Source: Gemmatimonadales bacterium (lineage in GTDB: Bacteria; Gemmatimonadota; Gemmatimonadetes; Gemmatimonadales; GWC2-71-9). From it: 64,000 bases of DNA. This document shows positions 29,437-37,220 of the stretch, piece after piece. The stretch covers positions 1 to 64,000 of the forward strand of contig JBFJCP010000018.1 of NCBI GenBank assembly GCA_041615815.1. Direction: 5' to 3'. The notes under the pieces were generated by a model. The model ran no database searches. It was not told where the DNA came from and saw nothing but the letters and a program-made list of their open reading frames with translations. The translations under genes were made by a program, and so were the position numbers. The first letter of the stretch is position 1; each line of letters starts with the position of its first letter.

Positions 29437-30501
29437 ATGCGTCTCCCCGAGATCATCACGGCCGTCGACTGCCACGCCGGCGGCGAGCCGGGACGGGTGA
29501 TTGTCGACGGTGTCGCTGCTATCCCCGGTGACACGATGTTCGAGAAGAAGGTCTACCTCGAGCAACACGGAGACCAACTTCGGCAGCTCATGTTACGAGA
29601 GCCACGGGGCTATCCCGCGCTCTGCTGCAATCTCATCGTGCCCCCAACGCGTGACGAGGCGGATGCTGGGTTCATCATCATGGAGCAGACGGAGTATCCA
29701 CCCATGTCGGGCAGCAATACGATCTGCGTCGTCACGGTGCTTCTCGAAATGGGGATCGTGCCGCCCCGCGAACCGGTCACCCAGCTCGTGCTCGAAGCCC
29801 CCGCGGGTCTCATTCCCGTGACTGCCCATGTATCCAACGGCAAAGTGACGAGCGTAACCTTCGAGAACGTCCCCGCGTTCGCCGTCCACCTCGACGCCAC
29901 CGTGGAGGTGCCGACGCTCGGAGCAGTCACCGTCGATGTGGCGTACGGCGGGATGTTTTATGTCATGGCCGACGCCGAACCCCTGGGCCTGCGACTGACA
30001 GCGGACGAGGGTCGGGAGATCGTGCGGGTCGGTGAGATGATCAAGCGCGCCGCGCGAGAGCAGCTTCCGGTGGTCCATCCGGAGAATCCCGACATTGCTG
30101 GCGTGACGATCGCGCAGTTGTCAGGGCCTCCCACCCGGCGCGACGCGACGCGAAAGAACGTCGTGATCGTCTCGACCGGAGAACTCGACTGGGACCGGCC
30201 GGAAACGTGGACCGGCTCGATCGATCGGTCACCCTGCGGAACCGGAACATGCGCCAAGATGGCGGCGCTCTACGCCAAGGGCGAACTTGGGCTTGATGAA
30301 GGCTTCCACCACGAAGGGATTTTGGGAACGGTCTTTTCGGGGCGACTGCTCGAGGAAGCGCAAGTGGGTCCTTATCGTGCGGTGAGATCTACCCTCGCGG
30401 GAAGCGCATGGATCACGGGAAGGGCGCAGTACACCTTGGATCCGACAGACCCTTTTCCCAACGGCTTCACGGTGGGGGATCTTTGGGGCCGCGTGCCGTG
30501 A
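29437..30501 (+). CDS. Proline racemase superfamily protein (Ser/Cys catalytic pair)
   Basis: H..GEPGR, EPRG, PMSGSNTIC, DVAYGG, DRSPCGTGT; GGAGG RBS. Confidence 0.92.
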   Translation: MRLPEIITAVDCHAGGEPGRVIVDGVAAIPGDTMFEKKVYLEQHGDQLRQLMLREPRGYPALCCNLIVPPTRDEADAGFIIMEQTEYPPMSGSNTICVVTVLLEMGIVPPREPVTQLVLEAPAGLIPVTAHVSNGKVTSVTFENVPAFAVHLDATVEVPTLGAVTVDVAYGGMFYVMADAEPLGLRLTADEGREIVRVGEMIKRAAREQLPVVHPENPDIAGVTIAQLSGPPTRRDATRKNVVIVSTGELDWDRPETWTGSIDRSPCGTGTCAKMAALYAKGELGLDEGFHHEGILGTVFSGRLLEEAQVGPYRAVRSTLAGSAWITGRAQYTLDPTDPFPNGFTVGDLWGRVP

Positions 30502-30508
30502 AACGAAA

Positions 30509-32758
30509 CTAGGAGACCACGTCCTGTTGGCAGCGCATGATGGCGCGCATCCGCGCGGCCAAGGCTCGGGCGCGGAACGGCTTGGTGAGAAAGTCGTCAG
30601 CCCCCATCTCGAAAACCCGAACCTCGTTGTCCTCGTCGCCTTTGGCGGTGAGGACCAGGACGGGAATGTCCGCTGTCCGTGGGCGGCTGCGCAGCCCCGA
30701 GAGGACCCCATAGCCGTCGAGACCGGGCAGATTGAGGTCCAGGACAATGATATCGGGGGCATGGCGGTCCACCTTCTCCATGGCCTCGGCCCCGTCTTTT
30801 GCCTCGATGATCTCGAATCCCTCCCGCTCGAGGAGATCGGTGACGACTCGGCGGAACTGATCCTCATCGTCGACCAACAAGACCTTGTATGTCGGGTGTT
30901 GGGAAGGCACCGGGTCGAGCAGTTCGAAATCCATCGCGCTCGTCAAAAAGGACGGTAGCGCATCGACTTGCTTTACTAGGTCCGCGCTCCGCTTGCGCCC
31001 CCGGCGTCGCGCCGCCGCCGCCTTGGGCTCTGGTTTCGTCGTGTCGAGCGTCCGAGCGCCGTCTTCAACAGGGATGTCGACGACGCGAAGCAACTCGTCT
31101 ATGGTAGACTCACCGTTCAGCACGTGCTGCACGCCGCTATCCCACAGGGTACGCATGCCTCCCTCTCGCGCCGCCTCGGCGATCCGATCAGCGGTTTGCG
31201 CACTGGCAATGCGCCGCTCGACTTCCGGCGTGACCTTCAGGACTTCCAAGATGGCGTATCGGCCACGGTAGCCGGTCATGGCACAATCCTCGCACCCCAC
31301 AGCCCGGTACAGCGGCGTGTCGGCGGGAATCCACCGGTGGAGCTTGGCGGGGATCTCTTCGACCCAGGGCTCCTTACATACCGGACAGAGTCGACGCATG
31401 AGCCGCTGCGCTATCACCCCCCGCAGTGCGCTGGCGATCTTGTAGCTCTCCACCCCGATATCCACCAGCCGCGTCACCGCGTTCGGCGCATCGTTGGTGT
31501 GCAGAGTGGACAGGACTAAATGCCCTGTCAGTGATGCCTGGACCGCGATCTGGCCCGTTTCCCGGTCTCGAATCTCCCCCACGAGGACCACGTCCGGATC
31601 CTGTCGCAGAATCGATCGCAAGGCCGAGGCAAACGTCAGCCCCGCTTTCTCATGCACCTGCACCTGGACGATTCCCTGCATCCGGTATTCCACCGGATCT
31701 TCGACCGTCACGATGTTCACGCCCTCGCTTTGGATGTGTCGAATAGCCGAGTACAGCGTCGTCGTCTTCCCCGATCCTGTGGGCCCCGTCACGAGAATGA
31801 CGCCGTCGCGGTTGTCCAGAAGGTCTCGAATGGCGGCACCTTCATACTCGGGAAGCCCGAGGGCGTCGAGGGAGAGCACGGTCTTCGAGGAATCCAACAC
31901 TCGCACCACCACCTTCTCACCGAGGGCGGCAGGCAGAGTCGAGACGCGGAGGTCGACGGGAATCCCGTTCACCGCCACCCGGGCCCGGCCGTCCTGGGGC
32001 CGGAGGCGGTCCGCGATGTCCATGCCGGACATGATCTTGATCCTGGAAATCGCCGGCAGTCCCACACCCCGCGGCAAGGTCATGGCTTGCCGCAGCACGC
32101 CGTCCACCCGGTATCGGACGGCGACCCCGCGTTGTTCGGGCTCGATGTGGATGTCACTGGCTGCGCCGGAGATGCCTTGCGAAAGGATAAGGTCAACGAG
32201 CCGTACCACGGGGCGCTCCGACGCCTGCTCGGCCGACACGATCAACTCGTCGAGCGTATCGTCCTCGACTTGCATGATCTGAGCATTGGAGCTCATACCT
32301 TCGAGCAGCTGCTCGATGACGTTTTCGGGTTCGACTTCCTCCTGATAGACCCGGTCCAATGCCTCGGCAATGCACCGTGGGCTCGCCAGGAACGACCGGA
32401 CCGCGCGCCCAGTGGCGAAGCTCAACTTGGTCTCGCAGTCGAAATCGAACGGATTGGCCGTCGCGATTTCGAGATGGGAATCACTGAGCCGAAGCGGAAC
32501 GATCTGGAAGCGACGCGCCACTACCTCGGGCACCAGCTCCCGCGCGAGCGCCTGACTGTGTGCGAGGTCGGCGCGCTCGATATGAAACCGATTCGAGAGC
32601 AAGCTCATGATCTCGTCGTCGGTCACGACACCACTGACCACGGCCGCTTCCCAGAGCGAGTCGGTCTCCAACGCGGATTCCCGAAGCGCAGTGAGTTTGT
32701 CCGTTCCGACGAGGTCGGCAAGGGTCTTACTGAGCCATTCGTCCCGAAAATCTGTCAT
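30509..32758 (-). CDS. GspE/PilB-family secretion ATPase fused to a C-terminal response-regulator receiver domain
   Basis: ASDIHIEP, PQDGR, Walker A GPTGSGKTT, TVEDPVE, LRQDPD..LVGEIRD, GHLVLSTLHTN, CxxC..CxxC; REC VLLVDDE..IVLDLNLPGLDG..LTA..FLTKPF. Confidence 0.95.
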   Translation of the reverse strand: MTDFRDEWLSKTLADLVGTDKLTALRESALETDSLWEAAVVSGVVTDDEIMSLLSNRFHIERADLAHSQALARELVPEVVARRFQIVPLRLSDSHLEIATANPFDFDCETKLSFATGRAVRSFLASPRCIAEALDRVYQEEVEPENVIEQLLEGMSSNAQIMQVEDDTLDELIVSAEQASERPVVRLVDLILSQGISGAASDIHIEPEQRGVAVRYRVDGVLRQAMTLPRGVGLPAISRIKIMSGMDIADRLRPQDGRARVAVNGIPVDLRVSTLPAALGEKVVVRVLDSSKTVLSLDALGLPEYEGAAIRDLLDNRDGVILVTGPTGSGKTTTLYSAIRHIQSEGVNIVTVEDPVEYRMQGIVQVQVHEKAGLTFASALRSILRQDPDVVLVGEIRDRETGQIAVQASLTGHLVLSTLHTNDAPNAVTRLVDIGVESYKIASALRGVIAQRLMRRLCPVCKEPWVEEIPAKLHRWIPADTPLYRAVGCEDCAMTGYRGRYAILEVLKVTPEVERRIASAQTADRIAEAAREGGMRTLWDSGVQHVLNGESTIDELLRVVDIPVEDGARTLDTTKPEPKAAAARRRGRKRSADLVKQVDALPSFLTSAMDFELLDPVPSQHPTYKVLLVDDEDQFRRVVTDLLEREGFEIIEAKDGAEAMEKVDRHAPDIIVLDLNLPGLDGYGVLSGLRSRPRTADIPVLVLTAKGDEDNEVRVFEMGADDFLTKPFRARALAARMRAIMRCQQDVVS

Positions 32759-32809
32759 TCCTCTGTCTCCTCAGGGCTGGCCGGCTTTACAGCGGCCCAC
32801 GAGCAAAAC

Positions 32810-32825
32810 AGCAAGACCGATGCCC
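32810..32825 (-). promoter_or_regulatory. Sigma54 (-24/-12) promoter of the GspE-REC gene
   Basis: Minus strand GGGCATCGGTCTTGCT = GG-N10-GC ending TTGCT, about 50 nt upstream of the start. Confidence 0.55.
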
Positions 32826-32879
32826 CGACGCCCGAATGGTGCTGGGGGCCTAACGTGAAGTGTCTCAAGCGGTTTGAAA

Positions 32880-32899
32880 GGTGTGATACATGTCACACC
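32880..32899. promoter_or_regulatory. CRP/FNR-like (or bEBP UAS) palindrome
   Basis: GGTGTGA-TACATG-TCACACC, containing exact TGTGA-N6-TCACA. Confidence 0.6.
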
Positions 32900-32946
32900 G
32901 GGTGCCAAGCTGGTGAACTGCGAGGCGCGGCATCACAGTGCGACGA

Positions 32947-33007
32947 GGGACGGGGTGAGGGTTAGGGGCTAGGGGCTAGCGCCGGTGGGTGGATCGGGGG
33001 GTGGGGG
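32947..33007 (+). repeat. G-tract/short tandem repeat region (TAGGGGC-like), G-quadruplex-capable
   Basis: GGGACGGGGTGAGGGTTAGGGGCTAGGGG plus further G-runs. Confidence 0.5.
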
Positions 33008-33043
33008 CTGCGGTCCCACGATGGTCCAGGCTTCGTCGGAACC

Positions 33044-34570
33044 TCAGGGGTCTCCGCGGCGGATGACCCGTCCGGGCCTCGCACCAGTCACGATGCCATC
33101 CCGATACACTTCCACGCCGTTTACCCACACACGGGCAATGCCCACCGAGGTCCGGTGGGGGTCGTCGGGCGTGGCACGGTCGGTAATCACCTGCGGATCG
33201 AACAGGACCATGTCCGCGCGGGCGCCCGGACGGAGCACACCGCGGTTGACAATCCCCACGTGTTCCGCGGAGAGACCGGTCATCTTGTGAATGGCCGTCG
33301 CGAGAGACAGGACGTCGCGCGCTCGGACATAGCGCGCCAAGATTCGTGGAAACGCTCCGAATCCACGTGGGTGGCGTCCGTGGAGCGCGCCGTCGGACGA
33401 GATATTGCTATGCTCCCACGCGAGGAAGCGGCTCACGTCACCTTCGTCCATGCTGGTTCCCAGCATGCTCTCGTCCGCCCCGACCCGTTGTGCCTCGGCG
33501 ATCAAGGTCATGAACGTGGTGACGGGATCCCGGCCTTGCAGCGCCGCAACCTCGGAAAGGGTCTTGCCTTCGAGCTCCGGATCGAGCTGGTAACGGGCAA
33601 TGCGCACCCCTTCCGGCGGCACGATCTCGTCGAGCACGAACGTGACGGCCTCGCGGTTGTCCCAATCCCGCTCGGGAAACAAGACGGTCATGGTGGATTG
33701 CCAAAAGGTGTAGGAGTAGACGTCAGCAGTGATCGCGATGCCACGGGACCGCGCCTCGTCGAGCCGGCTGAGGAGCCGTCCAGCGTCGCCCCAGAGCCCG
33801 CGCATGGCCAGTTTCATGTGGGAGATCTGAACCGGGATCTTGGCGGTACGGCCGATCTCGATGATTTCTTCGATTGCCTCCCACACATAGCGGTCCTCAC
33901 TGCGGATGTGGCTGATATAGCGACCACCGGCGCGCGCGGTGGCCTGCGCGAGGTCGATGACTTCCGCGGTGGTGGAATAAATCCCCGGGTCGTACTCGAG
34001 GCCCGTGGAAAGTCCCAGGGCCCCCGCCGCCAGTTCGTGCTCGAGCAGGAGGCGCATGTACGCCGTTTCGGCTGCCGTGGCCGGACGGTGGAACTGGGTA
34101 GCCATGACTCGCCCGCGCAGCGTATTGTGACCCGCGTAGGCCGCCACGTTGACGCTCGGCGGGGCTCGCTCGAGGCCTTGGAAAAAGTCGGCAAGTGGAA
34201 ACGGAGAACTGCCGTCCTGACCCACGACGATGGTCGTGATGCCCTGACTCACCGCGGCGAGCGCATCGCGGAGCGTATCGAGCCCCCAGTCGTGATGACT
34301 GTGGGTGTCGATGAATCCAGGTGACAGCACGAGGCCGCCCGCTTCCACCACCGGCTCTCCCGTTGTGGGCTGCAGGTTTCCGACCTCGACGATCCAGCCG
34401 TCTCGAATACGCACCGCGGCCGGGCGCGGTGGAGCCCCTGTGCCATCGACAACCGTGGCTCCGGTAATCAGCCAGGCGCCGGACACGTCGCTTTGTTGTG
34501 CACCGGCGGGTGTCCAGCTGAGCGCGGCAAGCGCCACGAGCATGAGTGCCGGTACGGGATTCGACTTCAT
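33044..34570 (-). CDS. Exported N-acyl-D-amino-acid deacylase (D-aminoacylase family)
   Basis: PGFIDTHSH, QGITT..GQDG, GLSTGLEY.PG, SHIRSE, ISHMK, SSDG, HPRGFGAF. Confidence 0.9.
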   Translation of the reverse strand: MKSNPVPALMLVALAALSWTPAGAQQSDVSGAWLITGATVVDGTGAPPRPAAVRIRDGWIVEVGNLQPTTGEPVVEAGGLVLSPGFIDTHSHHDWGLDTLRDALAAVSQGITTIVVGQDGSSPFPLADFFQGLERAPPSVNVAAYAGHNTLRGRVMATQFHRPATAAETAYMRLLLEHELAAGALGLSTGLEYDPGIYSTTAEVIDLAQATARAGGRYISHIRSEDRYVWEAIEEIIEIGRTAKIPVQISHMKLAMRGLWGDAGRLLSRLDEARSRGIAITADVYSYTFWQSTMTVLFPERDWDNREAVTFVLDEIVPPEGVRIARYQLDPELEGKTLSEVAALQGRDPVTTFMTLIAEAQRVGADESMLGTSMDEGDVSRFLAWEHSNISSDGALHGRHPRGFGAFPRILARYVRARDVLSLATAIHKMTGLSAEHVGIVNRGVLRPGARADMVLFDPQVITDRATPDDPHRTSVGIARVWVNGVEVYRDGIVTGARPGRVIRRGDP

Positions 34571-34673
34571 GCGCGGATCTCTTCGAGAGCAGCAGGATGA
34601 GAGAGCTTCATCTCACGGGCCGTGGCCTGTCAAGCAACTAGCGCATTCCGGTAGCGGGTTTCATCGTTCCATC

Positions 34674-35822
34674 ATGCTTGCTTGTCAGAGAGATGCGTTC
34701 TCGCTTCCCCAAGGCAGCCATTATCTGAACTGTGCCTATATGTCACCGCTGTCTCGGCGGGTGGTAGCGATTGGGCTCGAAGCGGTTCAACGCAAGGCTG
34801 TCCCATTTACGATCCGTCCACGCGACTTCTTTCAGGACGTAGATCGGTCGCGAGCGCTGTTTGCCCAACTCGTGCACGTGCCGGCGCCTGAGCGCATCGC
34901 GGTGATTCCCTCCGTCTCGTACGGCCTTGCGCAGGTGGCCAGGAATACCGCGGTCGAGCGGGGGCAGGAAATACTGCTCGCGGACGAGCAGTTCCCGTCC
35001 AACGTCTACATCTGGCATCGCATCGCTGCCGAGCGCGGCGGCCGAGTAGTCGTGGTGAAACCACCAGTGGCTGGTCGGCGCCGGGCCGCGACGTGGAACG
35101 AAGCCATCTTGGAGGCGATCAGCGGAAAGACGGCGGTGGTGGCCCTCGCGCACGTCCATTGGACAGATGGCACTCGCTTCGATCTCGAGGCTGTGCGGCG
35201 TCGCGCGGACGACGTGGGTGCGGCCCTCGTCGTGGACGGCACGCAGTCCGTGGGTGCGATGCCGTTCGATGTCCAGACGATCCGTCCGGATGCCCTCGTG
35301 TGCGCGGCATACAAGTGGCTGATGGGGCCCTACTCGGTGGGCGTCGCCTACTTTGGCCCTCGCTATGACGACGGGGTACCTCTCGAGGAGACATGGATCG
35401 GGCGTGAGGGCAGCGACGACTTTTCCGGACTCGTCCATCATCAGGCGCGCTACCGAGGAGGGGCCATTCGATACGACATGGGTGAGGTCAGCAACTTCGC
35501 TCTGATGCCCATGTTCGTCGCGGCGCTCGAACAGGTATTGGCGTGGGGTCCCGAACGGATCCAGGCGTACGGACACGCGCTCAGTGGCGATCTGATCGCG
35601 GCACTCGAGGCCCGGGGGCTCGAGATTACCGACGTGGCATGGCGAGGCGGTCACCTGTTTGGGATTCGACTTCCCCCCGGGATGGACCCAAGGGTGCTGA
35701 AGGAGCGGTTGGAATCGCGACAAGTGTACGTGTCGGTCCGGGGAAGCGCAGTCCGCGTATCCCTTCATGTGTTCAACGATACGGCGGACGTCGACGCCCT
35801 CGGCGCGGTGCTCCTGGATTGA
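34674..35822 (+). CDS. Class V PLP-dependent aminotransferase/cysteine desulfurase-like protein
   Basis: YLNCAYMSP, QFPSN, VDGTQSVG, AAYKWLMGP (PLP Lys), RVS.H.FN. Confidence 0.9.
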   Translation: MLACQRDAFSLPQGSHYLNCAYMSPLSRRVVAIGLEAVQRKAVPFTIRPRDFFQDVDRSRALFAQLVHVPAPERIAVIPSVSYGLAQVARNTAVERGQEILLADEQFPSNVYIWHRIAAERGGRVVVVKPPVAGRRRAATWNEAILEAISGKTAVVALAHVHWTDGTRFDLEAVRRRADDVGAALVVDGTQSVGAMPFDVQTIRPDALVCAAYKWLMGPYSVGVAYFGPRYDDGVPLEETWIGREGSDDFSGLVHHQARYRGGAIRYDMGEVSNFALMPMFVAALEQVLAWGPERIQAYGHALSGDLIAALEARGLEITDVAWRGGHLFGIRLPPGMDPRVLKERLESRQVYVSVRGSAVRVSLHVFNDTADVDALGAVLLD

Positions 35823-35828
35823 CGATCG

Positions 35829-36377
35829 TCAGGTTGGAGGAAACCGTTGGAGGATTTGCTTCACGGCGTCTCGGATCCGGCGGTCCATCTTTTCCTGGCT
35901 CAGCGTCCAGTCGACCTCGTCGCGCGCGGACCCCCGCCAAATCACCCGCTCCGTCGACGGCTCGATCATATCGATCACCAAGGTACCGACATCGAACTCG
36001 CGGGCGTAGCGATTGCCCGGGCCGATGCTCACCAAGTCCGTGTCCGCCTCTCCTGGGTGCATCTGGGCCAGCGCCTGTACCATCCGGTGCTCGAGAATGG
36101 CGTGATAGTCGATCAGGAAGTTCGGCGCCGTCGTGTCCTGCTCGTATCCCTTGGCCCACAGCTCCGATTGGACGGCGTCCCGGATCGTGGCATTGATATG
36201 TGCCGTGTCGAGACGAGTGTCGGCAACACCGAGGGTCGCCACCTCCGTCCACCGGTAGGTCTGTTGGGCGGCCCAATCCGTGTCGGGGGCGTACTCCGTG
36301 TCGACGGTCATCGTGCCACACGCGAGGACGGCTGCCAACAGGGATGCAGTGGGCAATGCGAGAGTTCGTAGCCTCAT
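35829..36377 (-). CDS. DUF4136 family lipoprotein
   Basis: Lipobox LAC; TY.W, GTLVIDMI....VIWRG.A, ends FPP. Confidence 0.85.
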   Translation of the reverse strand: MRLRTLALPTASLLAAVLACGTMTVDTEYAPDTDWAAQQTYRWTEVATLGVADTRLDTAHINATIRDAVQSELWAKGYEQDTTAPNFLIDYHAILEHRMVQALAQMHPGEADTDLVSIGPGNRYAREFDVGTLVIDMIEPSTERVIWRGSARDEVDWTLSQEKMDRRIRDAVKQILQRFPPT

Positions 36378-36574
36378 GGCGTCCACCGTCCGCAAGGTGG
36401 CGGATGCGACGTGAATTCTCGGTGAAGCAGCCCCGAATGCTCCTATTTCTGGTTCCCAATGGAACGCGGTCATCACCGCGTGTTTGACGCCTCGCGGCGA
36501 TACCGCGCATATTCCTTTCTTAGCCCTCCGATGGCGGCCATCATGCCCGAGCCTCGGCTCGCACGCGATACCTT

Positions 36575-37216
36575 ATGACTCCGGCCAAGCGCCAACAGCG
36601 CACTGCCGGGGCCTTCCTGCGCCCACCTCTCCCGCCCGATGAACCGGAGCGGCTCGAGGCCTTGTCGAGTTATGAGATACTCGATACGCCTGCCGAGGAG
36701 GCATTCGACGATCTCACCCTCCTTGCGGCCCACATCTGTCAAACTCCCGTGGCGCTGGTGAGCCTCATCGATCGCGAGCGTCAGTGGTTCAAGTCCCGCG
36801 TGGGCACCGACATCACCGAGACACCCAGGGACCTGGCATTTTGCGCCCACGCGGTGGCAGCTCGCGAGACGCTCATCGTCCCCGACACGTTGCAGGACGA
36901 GCGGTTCGCCAACCATCCCCTCGTCCAGGACGATCCCAGGGTCCGCTTCTATGCCGGTGCACCACTGCGCGCAGACAACGGACACTGTCTCGGGACGCTC
37001 TGTGTCATCGACCGGGTCCCACGAGAGTTCACCGAGGGCCAACGCGCGGCTCTGGAAGCGCTCTCCAGACAGGTGATGGCGCAGATGGAGCTCCGCAAGC
37101 AGCTGGCGGAGGTGAAGCGACTGGGTGGAATGCTGCCGTACTGTTCCTCTTGCGGTAAACTCCGTCTCGATCTGGGAGACGTCTGTCCCGACTGTCTTCG
37201 CGAACAAGAAAACTGA
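36575..37216 (+). CDS. GAF domain protein with C-terminal CxxC...CxxC motif
   Basis: E.ERL.AL..Y.ILDT..E..FD.LT, QWFKS, FCAHA, RFYAGAPL, LGTLCVID; tail LPYCSSCGK...CPDC. Confidence 0.88.
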   Translation: MTPAKRQQRTAGAFLRPPLPPDEPERLEALSSYEILDTPAEEAFDDLTLLAAHICQTPVALVSLIDRERQWFKSRVGTDITETPRDLAFCAHAVAARETLIVPDTLQDERFANHPLVQDDPRVRFYAGAPLRADNGHCLGTLCVIDRVPREFTEGQRAALEALSRQVMAQMELRKQLAEVKRLGGMLPYCSSCGKLRLDLGDVCPDCLREQEN

Positions 37217-37220
37217 CGCA

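Noticed and set aside
32895..32912. Second sigma54 site TTGGCACCCGGTGTGA on the minus strand
   Set aside because: Good -24 element but no GC at -12
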